Program-made: the position numbers and the translations under genes
The notes under the pieces: generated by a model
Database searches by the model: none
The model's input: only the letters and a program-made list of their open reading frames with translations
What the model was told of the DNA's origin: nothing
Origin: Octopus sinensis
Taxonomy: Eukaryota
Direction: 5' to 3'
Assembly: GCF_006345805.1 (NCBI RefSeq)
Contig: NC_042997.1
Location: 31,310,001 to 31,374,000 of the forward strand
Length of the DNA: 64,000 nucleotides
Shown here: piece by piece, positions 26,556-41,621 of the stretch
How positions within the stretch are numbered: the first letter of the stretch is position 1
Layout of the letters: the number at the start of each line of letters is the position of its first letter

Positions 26556-27091
26556 TAACCCTTGAAAATATTACAAAAAACAAAAAAAACAAAAAAAAAA
26601 AAAGAAAGAAAGAAAGAAGAAAAAGCAAAGCAGAGAGAAAGGCTCAATGTCGCTGTTTCCCCTCCCTGAACTAAACGGTAACCATAAAGCAAAATGAAAA
26701 TTCAGAAAAACGCATTCAATACTACTAAGACATTTTCTACTCCTTATTCTACAGATTCTGCCATCAACGCAATGGCGAAATACTATCACTATCTTAGATT
26801 GGTACAAAGTTGTACATTGAGGGAATGAAACAATATTGGAATGGCAACAGCGAGAAAAGGAGTTTCATTGACTTTCGTTGAAAAGCAAAACAAATCTGGT
26901 GTATAACTTTGTTTTATTTTCACTTAATGCAGAATCTAATGAAAACATTTATCGTTCGTCAAATATTCGACAGGCGCTGCAAAGAGAAATACGGCGACCA
27001 ATAATATAACCAAACACTTAAATGCTGGGAGGTAGGCTGTGGGTGTATATGACTATGTAGGGACATGCTCGTGCGTGCGTGCGTGCATGCA

Positions 27092-27133
<42 letters not shown>

Positions 27134-28028
27134 GGTTTGTTGTTCGGTCGCTAAGTTGACAATACTTCGGGAATCTAAAGAAATCGTTTGTTTTCTTTTC
27201 GCGTCACTTTCCTCTCCGCGTATCCTTGTAAAGCGTGATTCTGCAAAAAGAGCAACCTTAAACTGGAGAAATGTTATGGTATTTCCTTCCTTCCTTCCTT
27301 TATTCATCTATTTATGTGCCTGTCTGTTGTGTTATAGTAATTCTAGTTGTATTTACTCTGAGGGTCTTTTGAATTATTCATTTGGCGATCGAGTGTTTAT
27401 ATTCTCGCTTTCCTAGCTTTCTTTTCTGTTCAAGCTCTCTGTTTCCAAGCTGTGTTTGTTCCAAGACTGTTATTCCTTATTTCAAAATAAAATAATAAAG
27501 ATAATTAAAACCTACAACGCTAATGAAACAAAAAAAATAAATAAAAGGAAAGCAAAAAACACACAACAAACCTCAACCAAAATACTTGCTTACTGCAAAA
27601 CAATATTTTGCTAATTTTTCATGATAGCACCTTAAAGAAAGAGAAGAATGCCTGTGCATGCATAAACATCCAGTCTACTAGAAATAGCAGCCAAATTTCA
27701 CTGAAATCATAACTTACATTTTTTAGAAAAGAACAAGTTAGGTGTACAGAAGAATAAAAATCAGGTTAGTCATGACTGAAATGATTACATGCTTGCTTCT
27801 TCGGAGCTGACCTAGGGCTAAACAAAAAAATAACAATTACGAGGAGCATTTGTTTGGTAGAAAAATCTCAAATAAACAAAACGATGTAATGGGAGAAAAA
27901 AAAAAAAAAGCAACAAAAAAAAAAAGCAGAAGTCTTTCTTGAATATTAAATCTATTTTTAAGACCGGCACATCTGTTTGTTTGGCTTTACACGTTGGTTT
28001 GGTTTTTACTCATTTTTCAATCCTTTAC

Positions 28029-28029
<1 letters not shown>

Positions 28030-28059
<30 letters not shown>

Positions 28060-28147
28060 TATTATTATTATTATTATTATTATCATTATTATTATTATTA
28101 TTATCATTATTATTATTATCATCATTATTATTATTATTATTATATTA

Positions 28148-28182
<35 letters not shown>

Positions 28183-28383
28183 CATATATATATTATCCTT
28201 GGATGATCATTATTATTATTATTATTCATCATCATCATCATTATTATTATTATCATTATTATTATATTATTATTATTATCATCATCATCATCATCATTAT
28301 TATTATTATTATTATCATTATTATTATTATTATTATTATTATATTATTATTATTATTATTATTATTATTCATCATTATTATTG

Positions 28384-28422
<39 letters not shown>

Positions 28423-28457
28423 TATTATTATTATTATTATTATCATCATTATTATTG

Positions 28458-28504
<47 letters not shown>

Positions 28505-28601
28505 GTTATTATTTTATTATTATTTTATTATTATTATTATTATATCATCATCATCATCATCATATTATATTATTATTATTATTATTATTTTTATCATTAT
28601 T

Positions 28602-28645
<44 letters not shown>

Positions 28646-28668
28646 TATTATTATTATTATTATTATTA

Positions 28669-28702
<34 letters not shown>

Positions 28703-28730
28703 TTATTTTATATTTTATCTATTATTAATA
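28030..28730. repeat. Long compound (ATT)n/(CAT)n microsatellite
   Basis: Direct inspection; explains ORFs 27939-28846. Confidence 0.95.
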
Positions 28731-30076
28731 ATCTAACAGTGTTTTTCTTTGCCGCTATACATATATTTAAGCAAACGAAGCGAAAAAAAACAACAAAAAA
28801 ACAAAAAAACAAGTGGCCGCGCAATACCTTCCTATTATTAGTATGAGTATGAAAAAAAAAAAGGAAAAAAAAAAAAAAAACAAAAAAAAAAAGAGAAAAA
28901 AGAACAGAAAAACTGCATCACTAAAATACTAGAGATTTGAGAACCGAAATGAATATAAACAACATGAAGGATATATACTAAGGCGGATCAACGATACATT
29001 ACAGAAGCTGGTTTGTTGATGCAAACTAAATGTTTGATTGGAATCAAGCGAGGCTGGTGTATCATTAATATTATTCTTATTCAAGCTGCTATTTACTCTG
29101 ATCAACTTCTGGCCAATTTCGAATTTTAGACACGATACCAGAGTTAACTATACTTAATCCGGGATAATTAATTTTCCGGAATGGAAGTCTAAGCCATTTA
29201 TTGTTTAATCGCGTTACTTCAAATGTATATACATATATATAATATATATAATGTATGTGTGTGTGTGTATGTGTGTGTGTTGGTGATGTGTGTGTTGTGT
29301 GTATGCATATATATATATATATATATATATATGTATTTACGTATATACATACATATATATGTTTGTATGTAAATGTATGTATATACATATGTATATATGT
29401 ATATATATGTCTAGATATATGTAGATGTGTATATACATGTGTATATATATGTATATACATATACACACTTAATTATAAATATGTATATATATATGTAGAT
29501 TTATATAAATGTGTCCACATACATATATACATATATATATATGTGTGTATGTGTATGTACGTATTTATACGTACACACAGACGTATATACACACACACAT
29601 AAATACATACATACATACATACATACATACGATCTACAGTACTCGCCTAAAGTATGAATGCAAAAATAATGTTTAATACTTATCTAAATATTTCTAGATA
29701 CGAAGAGAAAAATATATCAGTTAACCCCTAAAATATTTGTAAGAATCAAAATTTATTTCTTTGTATTAAACAATATGATGTAGGAATAATGAAATACTAC
29801 TTCGTCACTCATGATGTACTTGACATTGCTATTTCATATCACTATTTTATAAATTTATAGTATTGTCATCTGAAATTAGGGCTCAGATTATTGGTCTTCG
29901 AGGCAACAGATTCAGGAAAATATTAACTCGGCTAAATACATTTCTTTGTGCTGTGCAGAAAGATTTATCATGTTTTCTTCAGATAGGTGGATGTAAATTA
30001 TTATGTAAACCCCTTACCAAAATACTTTAAAATGATCGTATGATTTATCTTCCTTAGGTTGTGCTTCTCTCTCTCT

Positions 30077-30166
<90 letters not shown>

Positions 30167-30689
30167 CTCTCTCTCTATATATATATATACATGCCTGGCA
30201 GTGCTATATAAAAAAATCATGTCCGCAATTGTAAAATGCATGCATATCTTCGACCATATGACGTTGATTATTGAAAATATCTTTTGTTCAGTTTCCAGAC
30301 ATCCAGTAAAAAAAAAAAAAAAATGATACCATAAAAAAAGTTTAAAAAATAAATAAATAAATAAAAACCCACTCTCGACCGCAAAAACCTGAAGGAATCG
30401 TAAAATCGGAGGAAAGAGTGGTTTAAAATTATGTTTAGCGATGAAAAATTCTATCCGACAATTTGAATTTAATTCTTTTTATTAGATTCATGATGCCATC
30501 CTAGGTATGTATACTTTTGCAAGAGTCAAGAATTACACATTTATTATGATAAAGGATAAAGGATTTCTGAAAAATGAAGAGATAGTAATTTGGATAATAC
30601 TTCAAGTTGTAACATAAGCACTAAATATATATTAGCTACTGAAGCAGTATTAATATCGAAATGTAATATTTATCCCCGCTTAAACGAAG

Positions 30690-31150
30690 ATGTTCTGTTA
30701 GAACAAACTATACTGCGGTAGATATCGTGAGAGAAACTCTCATACCGGCTTTCGGTGCGAAATGCACTCTTGTTTATAAATGCTAAAATCTTCCTGGATA
30801 TCCTGAAGAAGTTGTCTACACATATAATCACCTAACTTTATTCTCTTTACCAAAAGGGTTATTATACACCATGGCATTCTGCAAAATACTTAGAAGACTG
30901 GCTTAAAGCTAACAGTAGGACTGTGCTAGGTTGATAGCCAGTATCCTTTTATGACTTGAATTTGATAGATAATGCAGTGTATCATTTAGAAAAGAAAACT
31001 GCAGTTTATACGTCTTCAGTTTCGTATTCAAAAGAGAAAATACAGCAAGGTTCGCCCCAGAAGATAACTGCAAAAATGTAGCCGAAGCATCTTCCATCAC
31101 GCTTTTGATAAACTGGAGACAAAGAAGCATCACTCCAACTGTTGAGCAGC
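30690..31150 (+). mobile_element. Tc1-like transposase remnant, heavily decayed
   Basis: INAKIFLDILKK / PWHSAKYLEDWLKANSRTVLG**PVSFYDLNLIDNAVYHLEKK aligns by eye to the Tc1 H.AK.V..WL....I.VL.WP..SPDLNPIEN.W motif. Confidence 0.7.
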
Positions 31151-31194
31151 GTAATTGTGTTATTTGTACTTTGGTAAACTGTTCTCAGGTTACC

Positions 31195-31442
31195 TCTTTG
31201 TCTTTTACTTCTCTCAGTCGTTGGAATGCGGCCATGCTGGGGCACCGACTTGAAAAAATTTAGTCGAACGAATCGATCCCCCCAGTACTTAATTCTTTAA
31301 AGTCTAGTACTTATTCTATTATTCTCTTTTACCGTGCCACTAATTACGTGGGGTGTAAGCCCAAAACACTAGTTGTCAAGCGGTGGCGGAGAACAGACAC
31401 ATACACAAAGGCATACACACTAACACACACACACACGCGCAT

Positions 31443-31529
<87 letters not shown>

Positions 31530-31730
31530 TACATACACACACACGCATACATACACACACACACAAACAGATACAATGAAATTCTTTCAGTTTCCCGCTA
31601 CCAATTTCACCCACAAGGCTTTGATTGGCCCGAAGCTATAATAGAAGACATTGACCCAAGATTCCCCGCATCGGGACTGAACCCGAAATTATATGGTTGG
31701 GAAGCAAACTGCTTATCACACAGCCATTTT
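31195..31730 (-). mobile_element. SINE family B with expanded (CA)n
   Basis: Both halves recognisable. Confidence 0.8.
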
Positions 31731-31774
31731 ATTACAATGCTTTGTTGTCCATGGACATCATCATTTACAGTATA

Positions 31775-32216
31775 CAGCACTTCCTCGACTATTGCGGGTG
31801 TTACGTTCCAAAACGCCACGCGATAGGTGAACATCTGCGAAGTTTCTATATATTCATTTTATTACAAATGTAAAACAACACCACACACTCGTCTGTTTTC
31901 CATACAGTATGTGCGATTCTTTATTTACTCATCTACGGTACACTACGTACTTCTTTTAATATATTTTAATTAATGTGTTACACAGTGAGGTACTGTACTA
32001 TATTTTTATTTATTAATTTATTAACTTTTAGGCATGAAAATGCTTATTTTACCACAGAAATAATTAAAATCTAAAAAAAATATAAATACCTATCGGCTGC
32101 AGAAACCCGCCATATACTGAGGAGTCCGCGATATAAATTTACATATATTACCTAGAAGAGTCCGCGATGTACTGAGGGCGCGATAGGTGAGCCGCGATAT
32201 AGTGAGTGATTTACAG
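31775..32216. mobile_element. Tigger/pogo-like MITE, diverged
   Basis: TA flanks; imperfect TIRs CAGCACTTCCTCGACTATTGCGG / CCGCGATATAGTGAGTGATTTACAG; CGCGATAGGTGA near both ends. Confidence 0.5.
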
Positions 32217-32399
32217 TATAATCTTAATTTTATATTCAGGCTATGGATTTATATTTATAAATTGATTAAGTCATAAGAATTTAAAAACTTCGAGGCATGA
32301 AATAAATCGTATTTAACGATGGAACTCAAAGTAGATAATACTATATTTAAGAGCGTGTAAATATTAAGTTAAAATAACCCTTGGATGGAAAAAGTCGAA

Positions 32400-32468
32400 G
32401 GTTGCTAGTGGGATTCGAACCTACATCTTCTATGAACATGACAGACAGTCTACCATTGCACCAAACCA
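32400..32468 (-). pseudogene. tRNA-like sequence (pseudo-tRNA or SINE head)
   Basis: A-box TGGTGCAATGG, B-box GGTTCGAATCC, 5-bp anticodon-like stem; acceptor stem broken. Confidence 0.5.
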
Positions 32469-32631
32469 ATCTTTCGAAACACTTTGACTGTTTTAGAAGC
32501 TTTGTTCTTACCCGTTAGAATAGTATTTTATGTCATAAGAATCTATAAACTTCGAGAAACACGAATAAATCGTACTTAATGGTGGAACGCAAAGTAAATA
32601 AAACTATAAAGAATAATATCTAAATATCCTT

Positions 32632-32842
32632 TTGTACTCTAGGCACAAGGCCCGAAATTTTTTGGGCGGGGGCCAGTCGATTAGACCTACCCCATTACTC
32701 AACTGGTACTTAATTTATCGAACCCGAAAGGATGAAAGGCAAAGTCGACCTCGGCGGAATTTGAACTCAGAACGTAGCGGCAGACGAAATACTGCTAAGC
32801 ATTTCGCCTGACGTGCTAACGTTTCTGCCAACTCGCCGCCTT
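32632..32842 (-). mobile_element. SINE family A, full length
   Basis: GGCGGCGAGTTGGCAGAAACGTTAGC head to CCTTGTGCCTAGAGT tail. Confidence 0.9.
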
Positions 32843-33496
32843 ACAGCATCTAACTATTGAGTTAGAAAACCTCTTAAATGGAAAAGCGTACAGAAAATAT
32901 GGGTTCCTGTCCCAGGCGCGCGAACACACACACATTCTTTGGGAGTTAATAGTATATTCGCGGAGTGCGATGTTCTTGATCTAAATTCCCCTTTTTCTTG
33001 GAAATCGTAAAAAATACATTTCTTCCTTTCCCGTTCGTGTTTTTTTTTCTATTTTTCTGAACCAAATTATTATTTAGCACCTAATTAATAATAATCACTC
33101 GATCAATTTACATTTTAATTATGTCCTTCTAGACACTTATCATACACACACGCATACAAAAAGTAAAAACAATATCAAAGTTACATACGCATGCATTCAA
33201 ATAACTGCTCCTTTATATATATATATAAATATATATATAATAAATATTAGGGAATAAATCCAAACTTACAGGGAAAAATCAGATTTAGGATTGAATCCAA
33301 TTTTATAGTAATAATTTTATAGTAATATCACACTAATATTAATTATATTTTTTAATAATTTTGTTATATATTTAAATAAATAAATTAAAAATCTTATGTA
33401 TTGGCTTAAGTTTTTCATTGTTTGATTTGCCTAATAGTGGTTTTGTCTCTAATTTAATATAATATATATATTATTATATATATATATTATATATAT

Positions 33497-33538
<42 letters not shown>

Positions 33539-33541
33539 CAT

Positions 33542-33617
<76 letters not shown>

Positions 33618-33620
33618 CAC

Positions 33621-33800
33621 ACTTTATTGAAAAGCAGCAAAAATATCACAAAAACCATAACTCAGAGTTTTACTCAGAGTTTCACGTTCCCGTTCGTCGA
33701 ACAGTTTTATTTAGAATTCTAAACAAAACTGTCTGACGAAGGGGAATGTGAAACTCTGAGTAACAGTTTTTGCTATATTTTTGCTGCTTTTCAGTAAAGC
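33621..33800. repeat. Spacer-less palindrome of two HHR-bearing arms
   Basis: Centre TTTAGAA|TTCTAAA; arms about 90 bp. Confidence 0.85.
33725..33770 (+). ncRNA. Type I hammerhead ribozyme (GUA site, palindromic stem III)
   Basis: aaaactgt-CTGACGA-agg ggaa tgt-GAAA-ctctgag-TA-acagtttt; 8-bp stem I; stem II weakened here but intact (acg ggaa cgt) in the mirror copy. Confidence 0.75.
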
Positions 33801-33892
33801 ATATTACTCTACCTCGGGTATTCGAGTATTAGTTTTTCTAACTTGTTTTGCATTTATTTGCTTACTTCGGTATATATATATATATATATATC

Positions 33893-34285
33893 ATACTTTT
33901 ACTCTTTTACTTGTTTCAGTCATTTGACTGCGGCCATGCTGCAGCACCGCCTTTAGTCGAACAAATCGACTCCGGGACTTATTCTTTATAAGCCCAGTAC
34001 TTATTCTATCGCTCTCTTTTGCAGAACCGCTAAGTGACGGCGATGTAAACACACCAGCATCGGTTGTCAAGCAGTGCCAGGGGGACAAACACACACACGC
34101 ATATATATATATACATATATACGACGGGCTTCTTTCAGTTTCCGTCTACCAAATCCACTCACAAGGCATTGGTCGGCCCGAGGCTATAGTAGAAGACACT
34201 TGCCCAAGATGCCCCGCAGTGGTACTGAACCCGGAACCATGTGGTTGGTTAGCAAGCTACTTACCACAAAGCCACACCTGCGCCT
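33893..34285 (-). mobile_element. SINE family B, full length
   Basis: High similarity to other B copies. Confidence 0.9.
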
Positions 34286-34959
34286 ATATGTATATATATA
34301 TATATATATATATACACACGCAAATACACACATAGAATTATATTCACAAACTTAGATATAAATTTATGCGGTTACCCAACTACACGTACACACAGATATA
34401 GTTACAATATTTCCTCCCACGACCACGCATATATTAGGTTAATCTCTGTTCAAAACAATAATTAGTGTGCGTGTATATGAAGTAAGTTCTCTTAAGTTTC
34501 ACCGCAGAAACAAATAGGTGAGCAGAAATAGTGATATATTAAGTGTTCGTAAGAGCAGTCCAGCCCCACGAATCTTGTCTTCTATTGCTCGATTTGTTTG
34601 TTGATGATTCACCTGTGTGGTCTGGCGGTGCTGTTGATCGCCCACGTCGCTCTTCGGCATTGTTTGGCCCTTGTAATGTACACCAAAGGGTAACACAATT
34701 ATTACCAAAGCAGTAGCACCGTCACAAACAACACACACTCGCACACGCACACACACACACACACACACGCACACACGTGCTCACCTAGATAGATATACAG
34801 TCACATATACACACACACACACACGCATTCGCACGCATAAACACTCGCACCAAAAGCAGCTTCTGAAAGCGATCGGCGTTTTTATTGTCTCTCTTGAAGC
34901 TCTAACAAATACGTCATTAAATGACGTCAAAAAGAACAGTTGTGGCAGCGGCGACACCG

Positions 34960-35278
34960 CCTCCTCCATCCTCACCAGCACCACCAGCACCACCACCATC
35001 ATCATCATCATCATCATCACCATCATCATCATCACCAAACACCACCCCACTACTAACCATTACCACCACCACCACCACCACCACCAAACCCACCTACCAC
35101 CACCAACCACCACCACCATCATCATCAAATCATCATCAGCACCATCACTTCATCATCATAATCACATCAACCACCACCCCACCACCCACACTACCACCAC
35201 CAACACCATCCCACCACCACCACTACCCAACCACCACCACCACACACCACCACCACCACCATCATCATCATCACATCA

Positions 35279-35309
<31 letters not shown>

Positions 35310-36310
35310 TTCTACTTCTACTTCTTCTTCTACTTCTTCTATTCTTCTATTTCTTCTTCTTCTTCTTCACTACCACCACAACCTCCGCAGCCACCTCAAC
35401 TTATCATCATCATAACAACCAGGGACCACGAAAACGGCGACGAAGATGACGACAAGGACTCTTCAATCACTACAACCGCCTCCGTCCTCCCACCACCATC
35501 GACATCTACTACTACTACCACCACCACCACCACCACCAATATCACCACCGCCGCGCCACATCGGTCAATAATCACCACCACATTCACAACCACCATCACC
35601 ACCACCACCCTCACCCTCGACACCGTCATCTCCAGCATCATCATCATCAGCATCATCATCATCAACATCAGCATCATCATCATCATCAACATTGTCATCC
35701 TACTTAAACCTCTACCACCACCACCACCACCACCAATGCCACTACCGCCGCCACTACTACCACTATCACTACATCACTACCATTAATACCACCACCATTA
35801 CCATCATCGTTACCATCACCACCATCACCACCACCACCACCACCACCACCACAATCAATGATACCATCACCATAACAGCATTGTCATTCTACTAAAACCG
35901 CCACCACAGCTAATACATCTACCACCACCACTGCCAATACCGCCGCCACCACCATGACTATCACTACATCACCACCATCAATACCACCACCATCACCATC
36001 ACCATCATCTTCATCGTTACCATCACCACCACCACAACCACCACCACCACCACAACCACCACCACCACCACAACCACCACCACCACCACCACCATCATCA
36101 ATAATACCATCACCATAACAGCATTGTCATTCTACCACCACCATCACCATCACCATCATCTAACCACCACCATCACCATCATCTTCATCGTTACCATCAC
36201 CACCACCACAACCACCACCACCACCACACCACCACCACCACCATCATCATCAATAATACCATCACCATAAGAGCATTGTCATTCTACCACCACCATCACC
36301 ATCACCATCA
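34960..36310. repeat. (CAC)n/(CAT)n low-complexity tract with internal higher-order duplications
   Basis: TACCATCACCATAACAGCATTGTCATTCTA at about 35862, 36106 and 36257. Confidence 0.9.
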
Positions 36311-36408
36311 CCACACATTAATATGAACAATAACAACATTGTCATCCTGCTAAAAACCGCCCCCTCAACTATCACGGTCCACCACGGCAAATAAGATCAA
36401 GAATATTC

Positions 36409-36460
<52 letters not shown>

Positions 36461-36646
36461 TGATGATGATAATAATAATATAATAATAATAATAACAATA
36501 GTCGCGATTCAACAGGATTTACAAGCAGAGAAAACAGCAATACATCAATAACGACATAATGTGACAACAGCGAACATAATATGAACAATAACCGAAACAC
36601 CGCGGCAATAACGAGAACATAAGCAAAATTAACAACAACAACAACG

Positions 36647-36696
<50 letters not shown>

Positions 36697-36960
36697 GATG
36701 ACAATAATGGCCGAAAAAAAAAAACAAAGATTCGGGAGTAAGGTAAAATGATAAATATCATAAATTAAAAACTGGAAAACCGAAGCAAAGCACCCCCATA
36801 CAAAAATATAGATTATAAGACATAGGGATATGAAGAGAAATAAACTGTATTATGATGATAATAATAAGTGTAAGAGCAACATGTTATATAAAAATTATTA
36901 TTTCATACAGGCGTAAGTGATAACATATATTCACGATCCTTATATACATACGTGCTTCTA

Positions 36961-37089
<129 letters not shown>

Positions 37090-37240
37090 TTATCTGTAGA
37101 TACACTCACCACTCACACATACACACACAGAACATGTATATGCGTGAGCGAGCATGTGACTATGTATATAGATCTATACATGTAGACAAACACGTATTCA
37201 CAACACATATACATATATATACACACACACACGTGTGGTG

Positions 37241-37287
<47 letters not shown>

Positions 37288-39359
37288 TAATAGATATATA
37301 CATATATACACATACACACACCTGCACACACACACACACACATATATATTATTGATTATATATATACATACATACATACATACATACACATGCACACACA
37401 CATACATATATATGTACATACACACACATACACACACATACACACACATACACATATATATAGATATGTGTGTGTATGTGTGAGTGTGTGTGTGTGTGCG
37501 TACAGCTATATATGTAAGCACAATGACACATATTACATGTTGTTTAATCCCCTTTTCCCATACCCCATCATCATGAAGAATTAAATCAACAAAAACAAAT
37601 TAAAATAAAAATAAAAAAAAAAAAAACCAAGACAAAACCTCAAACGTAACCAGTTTATGAAACCAAACAACAACAGCAACAACTTCAACAACAACAACAA
37701 CAACAACAACAAACAGTTATAACGCAGGTCAAAATATATGGACAGCAACATGAACAGGAACAATATCAACTACAAGAGCGTCAACAGCAACAAAAATGAC
37801 AACGAAAAACTACAATTTAAAAAAAAAAAAAAGCGGGGATAATCAGAAATACAAAGGGGGGGGGGCAAGACAGCAACAGTATCCATTGCAAGGGGTACAG
37901 TAACAGCAGCAAGTTAAATATATCAAAAATCAACAACAATATCAAATATACCCAAAACAACGACAGTAACAATAATAACAACAATAATATCAACAACGTA
38001 GGGAATAAATACCCAGGCAGCGGCAATGACAACAACAACGAAAATACTGCCCATCAACGTGTATACGTACATTGACAACAGTCGGGGAACATCAAGAGCG
38101 AAAGCTGATCAAAAACCATTAGCTGTCAAAGAACAATAGCGAAATGACAACACCGAGCCAAATGTATAGAAGGCCAAGTAGGTTATTATGGTTATTAAGC
38201 GGCAACGCATGAAAGCCCACACATAGTTTTATAGATGAGAGAACACACACACACACATACAAAAAAAAAAAAAAATTCAAAAAAAATTCTCTCCGGAGAA
38301 GTATCTATCATGGTGAACATCATATCAGATATTTGCAGACATTAACGGTTCTACAATTACTGTTTTTGCTGTTGACGTATAGCTTATGTTGAACAAACCA
38401 AATGGTACTTTATGTGGGTAGCCAAGTCGAGCTTGTTTCTTTTTTATGTTTTTCAAATTCTGTTTTCATTTTGTATTTTTTTTCCGATTGTTTGTAAGTA
38501 ATATCTACGACTCTTCGACTCCACGACTCACCACTCCCACTAAACCTTGAACATCAGTTCATAGCATACTTCAACGTGATTCATTGAATAACTATCCTAT
38601 CCTATAAAAATAATTTTTTTTTTAAAGCTTGTGCCTATGTGAGAAATCAATATTATTTACCCATTTATTGTATGTTTGCACTGAACGAAATTAAAGTTTA
38701 AAGTAACTTCTCGGGTATTATACTCGCATAAAATCGATTTCAGTTCTAAGTCGACGTTGGCCCCGGTTCGATCCACTGACTGTAAATGTTCTGCAAAGTA
38801 AAGTTGTGAACGTCAAAATATCGCGTTCTCGGCCTACTACCGAGTACAGTCCGTGTGCTGTACTCACCAGTAAGTCTATGAGAACGCTACATGTATAAAT
38901 GAGTATCGGCATACTACAAAGTGGAGGTAGAAATTCTAAAAGCTTTGGGTCTTAACTTTGCCGCAACATTCAAGGAGTCGAACAAAATGCCTGGATGGAA
39001 GAATTTTTATATTTCCAAACTGTTCTCTGCAAATCGTAAATATTATTTTCTAAAATTAACTTTAATAAACTTTGAAACTATTTAATTGCCTTTCGGAAGG
39101 ACTGAGAACATTAACGCAAAGCTTAAATGTTCGTCATGGACACAGGTGTAGCGATGCGGCCAAGAAGCTGAACTTGCAACCGAAGGCTCCAGCCAAACAC
39201 TTTAGACATAATTTTCTTATTATTGATGTGTGTATGTGTTTGGGATTTTTTTCATAAATGTTTGCTAAGCCTACACTAACACAATAGAACAACTACAACA
39301 AAAAGTTGAGCACGGCCATAAATGTGATTATTAAAACGAGTCAAAAGCCAATTGAAGTA

Positions 39360-39576
39360 CGAGGGGCTGCTGAACAGTTCCTGGCTTTGGGTAAAAGAAA
39401 GTACAGGAGGATCAGTTGATTATGCTTTTATTCAACATATTTGCCTCTCAGATTCACACACTTATTGCAGCAGTCCTTCAGTTTTTCTGAGCCCTGTAAA
39501 AGAACTCGGAAGGTTGGGTCTCCAGCCAGGCCTTTCGCGACACCCTAAAAGCCAGTAACTTTTTAGCACCCCTTCG
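39360..39576. mobile_element. Mariner-type MITE (217 bp)
   Basis: TA-CGAGGGGCTGCTGAACAGTTCCTGGCTTT ... AAAGCCAGTAACTTTTTAGCACCCCTTCG-TA. Confidence 0.85.
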
Positions 39577-40819
39577 TACATAAATAAAACTCGAAAGAAA
39601 GCAATACCATTTATTAATTTTCTGACAAGATTAAAATAATAGAAATTGTTTGCAGGTTGAATGATCTTGCAACATTCAGTTACTTTCGTTTACCCTCTGG
39701 GTTGAAATTCTTCTAATGCCAACATTTAATTACAAAATACGTAGCAGTGATATCTAAATTTGGTTTTCATACATTGTGTATCAAAATCTTCCTCCAGATG
39801 AAGTAATTTTATTGAAGGGCTGTCAAAATAAGGAGATACCACTAAAAAACACTTCGTGTTCATGCTATGTATTTAGAGCCAGTCAATTTGGCGACACTCA
39901 TATCTCTCCAAGATTTGATCATGGGAACCAATTTAATTCGGTTATAAAAGTTAATGCAATATTTGCCAATTGTACAATACTGCAGTGGTAAGCTGATTCT
40001 CTTTACTATTTATTTGATACTTATTTACAGCTTGGTGGGGAATTGGCTATTTGTGAATTAAGTATCTTGACCAGATAAAACAACGTAGTGCCGATGACAG
40101 GACACAAACCACCAACCAGTCATTTTGTTGTCTTGTCACCTATCGACTCTGTTAGTTTCTTTTGTTGAAGAAGAACAGGCGACAAAATTGGCTCATAAGA
40201 TAAAATATGCGACTATATACGCTGCTACGCCGGTTATCACTTTTACGGTTATCTGTTTGTGCCTGTTCTGTTTCAATTCACCGTTGCTGATGGGGAATTA
40301 TCAGATATGAGAATGTAGCTGAGAGTAGGCTGGCTTCTTGTCCAAGAGATTTCATTATCATCTATTCTACTTGACAAAATCTCACTTACTTCACAATTAT
40401 AGAAACTACTTTGGCCTCCTGTGATAATATCGTTGAAAATTTTCAGTTCGAAATATATTTGTTGGTGTAGGTGAAGATGAATACAAGAGGTTGTGATATA
40501 GGGAAGAAATATTTGCTAACAGAAACCACAAAAGCACTATTATTAAAGTAGCAAGAGTTTCGAGGTGTAATGTGCCCGGATATAAAAGGGTCACGAGAGA
40601 GGTAGGCAGTTTTGGGAAACAATTTCCAGTTTTGATAGACGATGGATGAGTAGACCTTCAGGAGAGGGGAATACTGGTTTCCAGGACTAAATTCTTTGAA
40701 CCTATTAACACCAAATATTATTTTGACACTACTAACAAAATTGAGTCCTTTCTTCAGTACATGTTTAGCGTAAGAACTATACAAGCCCATTAAACACATG
40801 CAGCTTCATATACGCACAC

Positions 40820-40993
40820 AAACACACATAAATAAGATTAAGAAGTTCGCTTCGCGTGATCTCGGGTTCAGTTCCACTGCATAGTACCTCGGGCAAGTAT
40901 CTCCAACATTAGCCTCAGACCAGCTAATTCCTTGTGAGTGAATTTAGTTGACGGGAATTGTGATGGAGTTCATCTTATGCGCGCGCGTGCACA

Positions 40994-41037
<44 letters not shown>

Positions 41038-41250
41038 GCGCGCGCGTGCGCAGATACACACTTATATGAGTGTATGTACTTGGGAGTGTTATTATGTTTG
41101 TCATTACCCACTCGATAACAATTGTTGGTTTGTTTACGTCCCCGTAACTGAGCGGTTAAGCAAAAGGGACTGTTATGATAAATACTGGGTTCGTTTTGAT
41201 TGACTAATACCATCAAGGTGGCGCCTCAGAATAAGCCGCAATCCAATATA
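40820..41250 (+). mobile_element. SINE family B, old copy
   Basis: GGGTTCAGTTCCACTGC, CTCGGGCAAGT, GTTTACGTCCCCGTAACT. Confidence 0.7.
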
Positions 41251-41571
41251 TATTACACACTCACACACGCACGCACGCACACACACACGCACACACACGC
41301 ACACACGTACAGACATACACAACTTTACTATTATGCAAAAGTATCTTAAGTCCAAAAGGTTGATTTTTCAGAAAACGAAAAATATAGTTTCACCATTCCG
41401 TAGCAAAATCGTTGTACTACACTTTGACAATTTTTGATATCTTGGCATCTGAAACAGCTGGAGATACGATAGTTTGACCAAAAGAACCGGCTATTGCAAG
41501 CAAAAATAAATATTGGAAAAAAACGCATTTGGCCAAATTTGGAAATACAACAGTTTAACATAATAGCAATG

Positions 41572-41621
<50 letters not shown>

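Noticed and set aside
40443-40799. 118-aa minus ORF containing VLKKGLNF (PLE N-terminal-like), and an overlapping AG...GTAAGT-bounded 126-nt frame at 40390-40515
   Set aside because: A single short motif with no further PLE similarity; the exon-like frame is compatible with chance and I recognise no homology.
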